From IMG/VR virus record IMGVR_UViG_3300024503_000485, positions 62,001 to 126,000 of that record: a stretch of 64,000 nucleotides of DNA. The stretch is one strand, 5' to 3'. The notes below the pieces were generated by a model. It made no database searches. It saw nothing but the letters and a program-made list of their open reading frames with translations, and had not been told where the DNA came from. Each line of letters begins with the position of its first letter. Position 1 is the first letter of the stretch. The position numbers were made by a program, and so were the translations under genes. Shown here one piece after another: positions 48,863-58,109 of the stretch.

Positions 48863-49195
48863 TTATGATATCTCAACGTAACTTACTACTGCGTCAACGC
48901 TTGTTTCGGTATCGCTGACAATTCTTAATCCTGCTGTTTCTGGTAATATTAATTTTTCTCCGTTAGTAATTAACTTTACCGATGAGTTTGGAGGTATTGG
49001 TAGTCCTTTGATATAGACTGCTTCAACACTATCCTCACTAACTACATAAACGTCAACAACGCAAACATCGTAGTCAGTTGTGTTTGCTAGATTACATCCG
49101 ATCACGGTAATTCTATAACCGATAGGGGTTTGTAATACGTCAACTGGTGATGTTCCTATTCCTGTGTTAACTGCATGTTTAAACGTGGTTGGCAT
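48863..49195 (-). CDS. Small beta-rich virion protein (paralog family)
   Basis: TVIGCNLAN...IPPNSS....GEKLIL......DAVVSYVEI. Confidence 0.7.
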   Translation of the reverse strand: MPTTFKHAVNTGIGTSPVDVLQTPIGYRITVIGCNLANTTDYDVCVVDVYVVSEDSVEAVYIKGLPIPPNSSVKLITNGEKLILPETAGLRIVSDTETSVDAVVSYVEIS

Positions 49196-49202
49196 TTTAT
49201 TC

Positions 49203-50258
49203 TTATCCTAATGTCAATGCATATTTGATTGCAATGTCGTTTGCTGTACCTTCAGAAACAGCACCAATGGTACCTGCCGGACTGGCCCAAACTAATCCGT
49301 CCCAAATTTCTAAAGCCTTGGAGTCAGTATTATAACGAGTCATACCAACTTCTAGATAAGGTGCTACTGGTCTTTGTCCAGAAGTTCCTTTAGGTGGAAC
49401 AAACGCATTTGTTCCTGTGATTTTAAAATACCCTGCACCAGATTGTACAAATTCAGTAACAGAATTTGAAACCGTATTTGTAATTACATTATCTCTAATA
49501 GAAAAATTACCAACTCTTAACGCACCAGAGCCGTTTGGATCTAAAATTAAATCTTGCCCTGATGTTGTGGTGATTGTATTATCAAATATTGTTATGCTTC
49601 CAACATCAAAAGTGTTTAAATTTAAAGTATTAGCATAAAAATTATTAGCATAGATATCTTTCCATCTATTTCCTGATGAACCGATATCATAAGTATTATC
49701 TGTTTCTGGTACTAGGTCGCTTTTAATACTAGCGTTAATTGTAACGGTATCGAATAAACTATCACCGATTACTAAATTGCCGCCAATTGTAACATTTCCT
49801 GTAGCATTTATGTTTCCGCCAATTGTAACATTTCCTGTAATGTTTGCAGAACTTTGAATGTCAACTATTCCTGTTCCGTTAGGGCGTAATTCTAAATTTG
49901 AATTAGAAACGGTTGTTGAAATAGTGTTATTATTAAGTTCTAGATCATTAACAATTAGTCTAGAATGGTATGCTGTTGCCTCACCGCCTGATGCGGTAAA
50001 GCTAATAGTTGGAAGTGTGCTGTTGATTGTGTTACCAGAAATGGTAAAGTTACCAATATCAAATTGATTAGTAACTTCTAAATCTGTTGTTCTGGTTGTA
50101 CCTACTACGTCTAGGGCGAATTGTGGATCAGCAGAGTTTATGCCAATCTTGGAGTTGACTACATCAAGATACAGAAGGTCGGTCTCAAAAGCCAAATTCA
50201 CACCATCTCTAATGAGATTGGCTTTTAAGAGCGGCCCGGAAATACGACCAATCGCCAT
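49203..50258 (-). CDS. Tail fibre-like structural protein
   Basis: Start MAIGRISG (ATG 50258, GGGGAG SD); LLYLDV.N.KIGIN, L.L.PNG.G repeats, P.GT..QRP..GM.RYNTD; ends YALTLG. Confidence 0.75.
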   Translation of the reverse strand: MAIGRISGPLLKANLIRDGVNLAFETDLLYLDVVNSKIGINSADPQFALDVVGTTRTTDLEVTNQFDIGNFTISGNTINSTLPTISFTASGGEATAYHSRLIVNDLELNNNTISTTVSNSNLELRPNGTGIVDIQSSANITGNVTIGGNINATGNVTIGGNLVIGDSLFDTVTINASIKSDLVPETDNTYDIGSSGNRWKDIYANNFYANTLNLNTFDVGSITIFDNTITTTSGQDLILDPNGSGALRVGNFSIRDNVITNTVSNSVTEFVQSGAGYFKITGTNAFVPPKGTSGQRPVAPYLEVGMTRYNTDSKALEIWDGLVWASPAGTIGAVSEGTANDIAIKYALTLG

Positions 50259-50370
50259 ACGCTCTCCCCTAGACACCGTGTTTCACGGATAACCACTTTT
50301 TCAGCTGTTCGCTCTATGCGGGTTTACCACAGGTTAATTTTACAAGAAAATTGGTCTTCTCTTGCAATTA
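50259..50370 (-). promoter_or_regulatory. Structured ~110-nt 5' leader (candidate cis-regulatory RNA) after late promoter TAAATA at 50380-50375
   Basis: Stems TTGCAAGAGAA/TTTTCTTGTAA, TAACC/GGTTA enclosing TGTGG/CCGCA, and CCGTG-AAA-CACGG before the SD. Confidence 0.5.
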
Positions 50371-50394
50371 GTAGTATTTAGTCGTATAGGAAAA

Positions 50395-51534
50395 TTAACC
50401 CACTACAAGGGCCCAAAGATTAGTAAGCTCTTCCATGATAGGTAATGTAACTACAACGCCACCACCAGTGGCTACGGTATAAACATTACCATCAAAACAC
50501 TCTAAATAACCTTTTTCGGTATTCCAGCGAGTGTCACCTTCTTCAATGTATGGACGCTGAGAATTATTACCTACAGGAACAACTACACCAGTATCTGTAT
50601 TAAATTTTGTCCATCCAGCGGCAGTTTGTGTAATAGTAATTGGGGTATTTTCTAAGTTTGTTATAACACCAGCGTTTATATTAATCTTTTCTAATGTTAT
50701 ATTCCCAGATGCTGAGTCAAGTACAAGATCGTCGTTGCTTTGAATTGTTGATATTGTATGTCCTGTTATTAGTGTTTGCCCACTAATAATTAAATTTGTT
50801 GTATTAATGCTTGTAACGCCCGGATCGTCATAAAACCAAAATTCTGCCCAGCGTTTGTTTGGTTTTCCAAGATCGTACAGGTTGTTATCTCCAGGAATAA
50901 TACTTTGTGTAAAGTCCGGAGATACAACAACGGTATCAACAGCGTTATCGCCAATGGTTAGTGTACCGTTAAATTGTAAATTACCTGCGGCACTGATATT
51001 TCCTCCTACAGACAAATTATTATTAATATTAACACTTGACTGAAAATCAACTATTCCTGTTCCGTGAGGATCTAATATTAAACTTGTATTTGTAGTTGTA
51101 ACATTAATGTAATTGTCTTTTAATTCTAATTTAGGATTTGTAACTTTTCCATATTCAACATACGGATTACTACCTTGAGGTTCAATAATAATAGGACCCA
51201 CGGTAGAAGTTATTGAGCCTGTAGAATTAAAAACAATATTATCAAATGTAGCTGTGGTTCCGCTGGCTATAAAATTATCTGAAACTTTAGTTTTTCCAAT
51301 AACTTCAAGTGCAAAATTTGGATTTTCTTTGTTAATACCAATCCTATTGTTATTAACATCAATATATAAAAGATCAGGATCGGTTGATGTATTTCTAAAT
51401 GTAAGATCTACACCGTTTCTTAAAAGATTTTCTTTTAATAATTTTCCACTAATTCGCCCTAGGGCAGAGGCAGGATTATATTCATCGCCACCAAACCCTT
51501 CGCTAAATCCACCATCTGAAATAATATCTGACAT
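50395..51534 (-). CDS. Tail fibre-like structural protein, paralog of 49203-50258
   Basis: LGRISGKLLKENLLRNGVDL, LLYIDVNNNRIGIN, QRP..EGDTRWNT. Confidence 0.75.
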   Translation of the reverse strand: MSDIISDGGFSEGFGGDEYNPASALGRISGKLLKENLLRNGVDLTFRNTSTDPDLLYIDVNNNRIGINKENPNFALEVIGKTKVSDNFIASGTTATFDNIVFNSTGSITSTVGPIIIEPQGSNPYVEYGKVTNPKLELKDNYINVTTTNTSLILDPHGTGIVDFQSSVNINNNLSVGGNISAAGNLQFNGTLTIGDNAVDTVVVSPDFTQSIIPGDNNLYDLGKPNKRWAEFWFYDDPGVTSINTTNLIISGQTLITGHTISTIQSNDDLVLDSASGNITLEKININAGVITNLENTPITITQTAAGWTKFNTDTGVVVPVGNNSQRPYIEEGDTRWNTEKGYLECFDGNVYTVATGGGVVVTLPIMEELTNLWALVVG

Positions 51535-51536
51535 AA

Positions 51537-52424
51537 TTAATCAGTTCCAAACATTTCTAATACATTAACTCGAACATTAGCATTAACCGTTGATGTTATT
51601 GTAATTTCTATACTTCCAGCAACATAATTTCCATCAAATGTTGCCAACGGGGTTGCTCCAGTATAAATTAATCCATAAGCCGTTACATAAACATTACCAC
51701 TTAACTGATCGTAGATAGCCAATAAATCATTTGCTTGCGAGGCATATGGACTAAAAGATTCAACAAATACTACTAATTTAACTGCTCGAATGTATCTTCC
51801 ATTGCTGCTGTATATACTAGTTTCAATTCCAGAATTTACCGTTTGATATTCGCTAGAGATACTAATTGAGGAATCTAAATTTAATCTTCCAGAGGTATCT
51901 AATGCAAACGTATGTCCGTTGTTTGCAAGCTCTACACTTTGTCCTGAGCTAGAAATTGTAATAGAGTCTGAAACAGCATTAGTTGTTATACTAACTCCGG
52001 TTCCGGCTATTAAAGTTAATGTATCGGTTGAGCTGTCAGCAGAAACGGTGGATTGTCCTGATACTGCTATGTATTTGAAGCTGTCAGTGGTGCTGCCCCC
52101 GCCACCGACAAGATAACTTTCTGCAAGGCTTGACGGAAATGTCACTGAAACATTTTTGCCGCCTACTGGAAAATTAACTAAAGAATTATTGTTAGATGAA
52201 GATACAATCGTATCTCGTGTTAGACTAGAAGTGATTGTAAAATAAGTACCGCGACCTACTTCCCAATTACCTGCATTATCTATAATAAGATAATAAGTTT
52301 CGTTTCCGTCACCGATAGCATCATTAAAACTCTGAAAACCAGGATAAGTTGTGGTCAAGATGAAATCACCCGTTCCTGTGCTATGTGAACGAACTTTAAC
52401 TCTATCTGCTAAAACAAAAGCCAT
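51537..52424 (-). CDS. Virion structural protein (fibre-related)
   Basis: LADRVKV...GTG N-terminal module, WEVGRG, V.ADS.TDTLTL.AG.G..ITT segment. Confidence 0.65.
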   Translation of the reverse strand: MAFVLADRVKVRSHSTGTGDFILTTTYPGFQSFNDAIGDGNETYYLIIDNAGNWEVGRGTYFTITSSLTRDTIVSSSNNNSLVNFPVGGKNVSVTFPSSLAESYLVGGGGSTTDSFKYIAVSGQSTVSADSSTDTLTLIAGTGVSITTNAVSDSITISSSGQSVELANNGHTFALDTSGRLNLDSSISISSEYQTVNSGIETSIYSSNGRYIRAVKLVVFVESFSPYASQANDLLAIYDQLSGNVYVTAYGLIYTGATPLATFDGNYVAGSIEITITSTVNANVRVNVLEMFGTD

Positions 52425-52470
52425 TTACGTATCTCCGCTCCATTGATACGTATATTTAACCGTTTTAATA

Positions 52471-52971
52471 TTAGTTTGCGAAACCGAAATATATGGTTAT
52501 TGACTTATCTAATGGTACTGCACTAGTAAACACAATATAAGCATCTCCTGAACCCAAGTGATTATAGGATATATTGTAGTTTGTTACCGAAATTTGAATT
52601 ACGTTTTCAACTAGGACAATAATATTATCATCGGCTGCAGGAATAGAATACAGCGGGCCAAATGTTGTTTCAATATCGTCGCCTGGTCCTAACGTTTGTT
52701 TGTATATTGATGTTGCGCCCGGCGCTCTAACTACTTCCCAAACGCCGCTAATTAATGCTTCTATAGAATTTGTGTCTGTGTTATATCTAATAAATCCGTC
52801 AGCTCCTTCCGGATTTCTTACACTAGATGTTTGCGGTCTTTGAGCTTCTGTTCCTTTAGGAAGTCTAAGACCACCGGTTAGATCCATAACTGCACGACCA
52901 TAGTGATTAGTAAACAAAGTGTTATCACTAGGACTATATTTGCTAATAGTTTTTTGTTTAAGAAATCTCAT
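52471..52971 (-). CDS. Virion structural protein
   Basis: LRLPKGTEAQRP...GFIRYNTD motif; IVLVENVIQ module. Confidence 0.65.
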   Translation of the reverse strand: MRFLKQKTISKYSPSDNTLFTNHYGRAVMDLTGGLRLPKGTEAQRPQTSSVRNPEGADGFIRYNTDTNSIEALISGVWEVVRAPGATSIYKQTLGPGDDIETTFGPLYSIPAADDNIIVLVENVIQISVTNYNISYNHLGSGDAYIVFTSAVPLDKSITIYFGFAN

Positions 52972-53336
52972 ACTGCCAATGTGCTCACGGTTATACTTAA
53001 TAGATTTGCTGCGCTTGCAGTCATTCTAATTGTATCTCCTGCATCTAGAACAATTTTTTCATCGCTGAAAAATACGGTTTCTCCTGCAGGTATAATTAAA
53101 TTTTTAACAATTGTATTAGTATCAGAAGCACTACCGCCACCTGCACATAAATTAATTGTTATTGTAGAACTATTGACGGTTTCGTCTGTTAAATTTGGAG
53201 TCCCTGTGTTGCAGATGATAATCGATGTAACTGCATTTTCTTGTCCTAATACAGGACCTGCAATTGGAGCCCCAGTTGTACTACTGGTGTATACTAGTGT
53301 ATCGCTAGTTGTTGTTAGTCTGGTGCTATATATCAT
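52968..53336 (-). CDS. Small beta-rich virion protein (paralog family)
   Basis: AVTSIIICN...IPAGET....EKIVLDAGD. Confidence 0.65.
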   Translation of the reverse strand: MIYSTRLTTTSDTLVYTSSTTGAPIAGPVLGQENAVTSIIICNTGTPNLTDETVNSSTITINLCAGGGSASDTNTIVKNLIIPAGETVFFSDEKIVLDAGDTIRMTASAANLLSITVSTLAV

Positions 53337-53349
53337 GTTTTTCTATCTC

Positions 53350-54366
53350 TTAAAATATTACGCTGTATAAAAAGGCTTTTCTTTTACTTATTAATTCGTC
53401 TGTGGTAGATGTATTAACAAAATATAAACCTGTTTTACCTGTTCCAATTGTTCCGCCGTATAGCAATGTAGCATTATCAACCGAAGCTGGTGTTACTCCG
53501 TTGTCGTCTAATTGCAACGCATAGGTAATTTCAACTTTACCTGTGCTGTTTGTTTCTAATTTAATATTACCACTTGAACTTGTAGTTTGAATAACAGCGG
53601 CATCTGCTGTACCAAATGGTGCTCCCGGGGCGGCGTCTTCAGTAAAGAAATTTAAACCCGCAAAGCGAATTTGTGATCTAGAAAATGCTGCAACTTCAAA
53701 ATCGTCTACTAAAATAGAAACTAAACTTTCGCTCGGCTGTGAAATATAAGGTCCGATAGAATTTGATAATGATAAAGAAGGTATCAACGGATCATTAGCA
53801 TCAAATGCTACAACACGAGTATCATCTCTTCTTAATTGATATGTTGGATTATTCAAAATTGCATAATCAACATAATCTTTATTTGGAATGTCATCTGGAT
53901 CGGTAACTTGTAAACGATAGTTGTCAGTACCTAATACTTTAACAACTCCTGTTCCAAATCCAATTAATGTTAAATCGCCATCATCAGTGTCAGCGTTAGT
54001 TAAAACTTCTTTAAGTCTTAACCTGCTATCATTGTAATCATATCCACTTTCGGGTGTTCCGTTACCAATGTTCCAGGTATCATCATTTTCGTCATAGATA
54101 ATAGCAGTTTTGTTTTCTGTACCTCTATCAACTTCCATGCCTGAATAGCGCAGGGTCACCCCTGCGCCAGTTTCACCATAGTTTAATGTGATCAAATTAT
54201 CCTGAACCTGCAAGTTTTCTGCAGATACGGTTAATGTATCTCCGTCTACTACTAGGTTTCCAGTGACCCTAACTTCTCCCACACCCGGTCCGGTATTTAA
54301 AGTTACCTTCCCACCAGTTTTGGTTTTTATATTATAGTCACCGTTGACTTGGATATATTGACCCAT
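53350..54366 (-). CDS. Virion structural protein (fibre/baseplate-related)
   Basis: GNLVVDG...VQDNLITLN.GE...SGMEVDRG; PNKDYVD; ends KAFLYSVIF. Confidence 0.65.
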   Translation of the reverse strand: MGQYIQVNGDYNIKTKTGGKVTLNTGPGVGEVRVTGNLVVDGDTLTVSAENLQVQDNLITLNYGETGAGVTLRYSGMEVDRGTENKTAIIYDENDDTWNIGNGTPESGYDYNDSRLRLKEVLTNADTDDGDLTLIGFGTGVVKVLGTDNYRLQVTDPDDIPNKDYVDYAILNNPTYQLRRDDTRVVAFDANDPLIPSLSLSNSIGPYISQPSESLVSILVDDFEVAAFSRSQIRFAGLNFFTEDAAPGAPFGTADAAVIQTTSSSGNIKLETNSTGKVEITYALQLDDNGVTPASVDNATLLYGGTIGTGKTGLYFVNTSTTDELISKRKAFLYSVIF

Positions 54367-54382
54367 GAATACTTCCTAAAAA

Positions 54383-54766
54383 TTAAACTGCTGTTAGAAC
54401 AATATAATCTGCAGATGAATCAGACTCTAAGTACCATGTATAACGATTGCCGCTAAAGTCTGTAAAAATACGCTTAGTAATTTTTGCGCAATTTACTAGG
54501 TTAGCATCTAACATTCCAGATGTTGAACCAGTGATTTGCATTTCACCGCCTGCACTTGGTGTTCCGTTTGTTAAAACACAAGTATAGATAGTTGTTGGGG
54601 AACCTCTTCTAGCAACAACAAAAGTTTTTGCACCACGTTGTTTAATGATGATTCCGTCTGTTCTTAATGAGCTACCGTCATGAAATTTTACGGTAATACC
54701 AGTATCGCTAACTGGTGTGTTAATTACGTCAGTACCTCTGACATCTTTTCTTAATGGACGTCCCAT
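54383..54766 (-). CDS. Hypothetical protein, possible head decoration/fibre protein
   Basis: MGRPL start, IIKQRG..TFV; strong AAAGGAG SD; near MCP. Confidence 0.6.
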   Translation of the reverse strand: MGRPLRKDVRGTDVINTPVSDTGITVKFHDGSSLRTDGIIIKQRGAKTFVVARRGSPTTIYTCVLTNGTPSAGGEMQITGSTSGMLDANLVNCAKITKRIFTDFSGNRYTWYLESDSSADYIVLTAV

Positions 54767-54833
54767 TTGTTTTCTCCTTTGAATGACGTTCTGGGTCTAC
54801 GCGGTGGGTACCGCATAAATCATTACGATACTT
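54767..54833 (-). promoter_or_regulatory. Structured 5' leader after late promoter TAAATA (54839-54834)
   Basis: AATGAT/GTCATT outer stem and TTATGCGGT-ACCC-ACCGCGTAG inner hairpin immediately upstream of the SD. Confidence 0.5.
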
Positions 54834-54839
54834 TATTTA

Positions 54840-55106
54840 TCAGCGACCAAGTAATGCCATTAGCTCTAATTTTTCTACTAATTCGATTACTCTGTTAATT
54901 TCGTCTATTTCTGCTTGCGCTCTTTCTAAATATTGTCTTTGATGCGTTTGTCTATAGTGTACTCCAGCAATTGCAAAATTTTGTATGTGATTTTCTATAA
55001 TTTGTTCGATTCGATTAACATCATGAGTAAACATAGGAAAACGACTACGCCATGCTTGAATATGCTTGCGTAGTAAAGAAAAATCTTTTTCTCCTTCAAT
55101 TCGCAT
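54840..55106 (-). CDS. Hypothetical helical protein
   Basis: Start reassigned to MRIEGE (ATG 55106; TAAATA 5 nt upstream; the track start lies in the terminator). Confidence 0.6.
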   Translation of the reverse strand: MRIEGEKDFSLLRKHIQAWRSRFPMFTHDVNRIEQIIENHIQNFAIAGVHYRQTHQRQYLERAQAEIDEINRVIELVEKLELMALLGR

Positions 55107-55124
55107 ACCAATATTTAAGTCAAA

Positions 55125-55150
55125 CAAAAAGCCCCTTGCGGGGCTTTTTG
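55125..55150 (-). terminator. Intrinsic terminator after major capsid gene
   Basis: CAAAAAGCCCC-GCAA-GGGGCTTTTTG. Confidence 0.9.
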
Positions 55151-55174
55151 AATTTCGCTTATGAAATTTACTAA

Positions 55175-56344
55175 TTAAGCAAACTTCAAGTTAGCTGTTG
55201 TAACAGCAACTTTAGCTAGGTAGTCAGCTGCATTACCTAGAGAAGAAGCTGTGTTAGTTAGTTCTACATAACCATAACGTGTCATGAAGCTAACTACTGG
55301 TTCAAATGTTGATGGATCCAATACAACACCGCTGCTCATCAATGGAATGTATGGGCAGTAGAATGCTGGAGCATCAGATTCGCTAGAACCTTTGTAACCA
55401 ATTAGAACGTCATCGCTTGTAGCGTATGTGTTAACAAACACTCTCATTGCGCCGTTCAATGTACCAACAAACTTAGTGTTTGTAGGTGCTTCGAATGTAC
55501 CTTCTGTTGTTCTTGCGAAAGCAGAAGTTGTAGCACTTTGTAGAAGTGTCAATGTTGTTGGGCTAACAACTGCATAGTTACCAGCACCACGACGTGTACG
55601 CTGAGCGATTAGGTTAGAAGCACGGTTGATTTGAACAGCTAGAGCAGCGTGTTCGTCACCAACGAATGTAGCAGTACCAGAAACGCTGTTTTGATCGTAT
55701 GTTAATACGGTACCAGCTAGGCTGTTTAAGCTACCAATAACTTCTTGATCAATCTCAGCAGTAATTTCTTGTGCCAATGCGGCCATGATTTCTGCTTCGA
55801 TATCAATACCTTGTTGAGCTTGTGCATCTTGTGCAGCTTCGAAAGTCCAGCGAGCTGATAACTTACGAGTTTTAGCTTCAACGGTTTGTTTCAAGATTTG
55901 AATGCTTAGTCTGTTACCAGCTACGCCTTCAAGAGCTGCTGTAGAAGCTGCCTTGTCGTTAGCTGCACCAGAATAGCCTTCAGCAATCTTGAATGGGCTT
56001 AGTGCTTCGTCACCGGCTGTAATATCAGTACCACTTGTGCTGTTAAAGCTATCTGCATAGCGAACACGCAATGTGTGGATCTGACCAACTGGTCCAGTCA
56101 TAGGCTGTACGCCTACCAACTCGTTAGCAATAACGGTTGGCATAACACGTCTGATTACTGGAAGAATGACGCGATTTAGTGTTGCAACGTTACCGGCGGA
56201 AGTAGCACCAGCTGTAGCACTTTCTGCTAGATACTTGCGAGTATTTTCTAGAGTAGTTGCCATAACGGTACGCTTGTTACCTTGTAGGCCTTCTAATAGT
56301 GCCTCTTTGGTTTCCGACCAGCGTGACTCGAGTAGTTGTGACAT
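55175..56344 (-). CDS. gp23: Major capsid protein (T4 gp23-like)
   Basis: GVQPMTGPVG, VEAKTRKLSARW, LAQEITAEIDQE, IAQRTRRGAGN, FYCPYIPL, FMTRYG. Confidence 0.97.
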   Translation of the reverse strand: MSQLLESRWSETKEALLEGLQGNKRTVMATTLENTRKYLAESATAGATSAGNVATLNRVILPVIRRVMPTVIANELVGVQPMTGPVGQIHTLRVRYADSFNSTSGTDITAGDEALSPFKIAEGYSGAANDKAASTAALEGVAGNRLSIQILKQTVEAKTRKLSARWTFEAAQDAQAQQGIDIEAEIMAALAQEITAEIDQEVIGSLNSLAGTVLTYDQNSVSGTATFVGDEHAALAVQINRASNLIAQRTRRGAGNYAVVSPTTLTLLQSATTSAFARTTEGTFEAPTNTKFVGTLNGAMRVFVNTYATSDDVLIGYKGSSESDAPAFYCPYIPLMSSGVVLDPSTFEPVVSFMTRYGYVELTNTASSLGNAADYLAKVAVTTANLKFA

Positions 56345-56354
56345 ATAGTTCTCC

Positions 56355-57452
56355 TTAAACTTTTAGTCCCGCAAGCCTGCGGATGTCAAATATTTCAGCG
56401 GTTTTCTCTTCGCTTCCGCTGATTGATTGTGCCTTTTCTTTATTGCCTGTAACTTCTTTAGCCTCTGTGAGTGCTTTCTTCGCCGGTGCTCCACCATCCA
56501 TAACGGCTGGTAGATACTTGTCGAAAGCTCCATGTAATTTCTCAGTTTGAACTGATTCTAGTAGTTCGCGCATAACTTCTCGCTTATCACCTGATAATGG
56601 GCCAAGCAATTCGCTCATAACGTCCTTGCGTTTAGCTTCATTAACGATTTTAGCAATTTGTGCTTCTTTGCTCTCTACTAGTTTTTGTGATTCTGCAACA
56701 ACTTTAGCTGCTTCTTCAACTTCTTTAGTTTTTTGTTCAACAACTTTTAGAAGTTTAGCTGTCTCTGATTTCTCATTGAGATAGCTCGTTGCAAATTCGC
56801 TAGCAAAACTTTCAAAAATTCTGCGACCAAAGTCATTCTTGCGGGCTGCTTCGATGTCTTCACGTAACTGAGTCATTTCAGAACGTAGGCCTTTGCTTAC
56901 GGTTTCTTCAATGATTTTAGCTGAACGTGCAATAAATTCCTTGCGAACTTGTTCAAACTTAGCCTTGCTTTCGCGGACTAGTTTAACTTTAGTTTCTGCA
57001 AGATCTTTCTTATCTTGATGGAATTCTGCAATTTCCTTTGCTAGAGCATCAACGATAAATGATTCTAATTTAGAGACATTTTCTGCAACTGACTTGCGAT
57101 CTGCGTGTAGTTCTGACACTTCCTTTTGTAGATTGTTAAAAATAAATGACTCAAATGCTTTCGCATCAGTAGTCATTTTCTTAACGTACTTGGCTTTAGC
57201 TTCAATCAATCCTTGACGATCTTCTGCAAGTTCTGATAACTCAGCTTGTAAACGATCAACTAACATCGATTCAACGGCTTCAACCATTGCGGACTTGTCA
57301 TGCTCATATTTTTGAGCAAACTCTTCACGTAGTGCAGCAGTGACTTGTTCACGGTTTTCTTGAATTCTGCTATCCCAAGCAGCTTCAATTTCCGATTTAA
57401 TTTCTTCGGAAATCACATTGTTCTCAAACAATTGTTTTACGATATCTAGCAT
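56355..57452 (-). CDS. gp22: Prohead scaffold/core protein (gp22-like)
   Basis: Coiled-coil, E/K-rich; FGRRIFESF motif; between protease and MCP. Confidence 0.85.
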   Translation of the reverse strand: MLDIVKQLFENNVISEEIKSEIEAAWDSRIQENREQVTAALREEFAQKYEHDKSAMVEAVESMLVDRLQAELSELAEDRQGLIEAKAKYVKKMTTDAKAFESFIFNNLQKEVSELHADRKSVAENVSKLESFIVDALAKEIAEFHQDKKDLAETKVKLVRESKAKFEQVRKEFIARSAKIIEETVSKGLRSEMTQLREDIEAARKNDFGRRIFESFASEFATSYLNEKSETAKLLKVVEQKTKEVEEAAKVVAESQKLVESKEAQIAKIVNEAKRKDVMSELLGPLSGDKREVMRELLESVQTEKLHGAFDKYLPAVMDGGAPAKKALTEAKEVTGNKEKAQSISGSEEKTAEIFDIRRLAGLKV

Positions 57453-57468
57453 GTGATTCTCCTACTGG

Positions 57469-58095
57469 TTATTTGAGCCTTGCGATTATTCGCTTTAGGC
57501 TCTCTGCTAAGTATTTCTGTGCCTTTGGGTCGCCTTTAACTTCTTGTGCTATTCTATAAGCCTGATATCCACCTGTATTGTTCATCAAGTGTTCATAAAC
57601 TGGTGTTGGATAAGCGCCTGGTGCGCTTGGTTGTGCTACTACATCAACCGTAATAATTTCAAATCCTTGAACGTTTCCGCTGTTATCAACTTCTCCAGAT
57701 CCACGACTTGAAACTCCAAGTTTAACTCCCGACTCCAACATAGTCTTAACTAATTGACCCATTGGAGTAGGAAGAATTTTTAGTTTTCCGTAGCCGTTAG
57801 GGCCGTCCATCCACATTTTAGTAATCATGTGTGATACACGGTCGAGGTTGATACGTAAATCCTGAGGATGATCAACTTCCCCTAGCACGGAGTATCCGCC
57901 AGAGATTTGTTCGTTGAGCGTCTTGACAGCCCTGCCAATTTCTTGAGAAGAATAAACACGCTGATTTGCATTTCGGATATCGCCCTGGATGCAAATCCCG
58001 TTTAGGAAGAGCGACTTTTTGTCGCCCTCACCTTCGCTCTCTAAGACAATCTTAGCCTGGTCAAAACTCAGATGTTCTGCTAAGGTAGTTTTCAC
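57469..58095 (-). CDS. gp21: Prohead protease (gp21-like)
   Basis: GICIQGDIRNANQRVY, GEVDHP, VSH, LPTPMG, GVSSRGSG, DVVAQPSAPGA; GTG start. Confidence 0.95.
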   Translation of the reverse strand: MKTTLAEHLSFDQAKIVLESEGEGDKKSLFLNGICIQGDIRNANQRVYSSQEIGRAVKTLNEQISGGYSVLGEVDHPQDLRINLDRVSHMITKMWMDGPNGYGKLKILPTPMGQLVKTMLESGVKLGVSSRGSGEVDNSGNVQGFEIITVDVVAQPSAPGAYPTPVYEHLMNNTGGYQAYRIAQEVKGDPKAQKYLAESLKRIIARLK

Positions 58096-58109
58096 CTATT
58101 TGTCCTCAA

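Noticed and set aside
49780-49839. 24-nt exact direct repeat (49780-49803, 49816-49839)
   Set aside because: An ordinary in-frame beta-helix repeat (TGNVTIGG); not CRISPR-like.
50259-50370. c-di-GMP-I riboswitch (GGTAAACC resembles GGCAAACC)
   Set aside because: The GNRA tetraloop/receptor and second-stem consensus are not evident; kept only as an unnamed structured leader.
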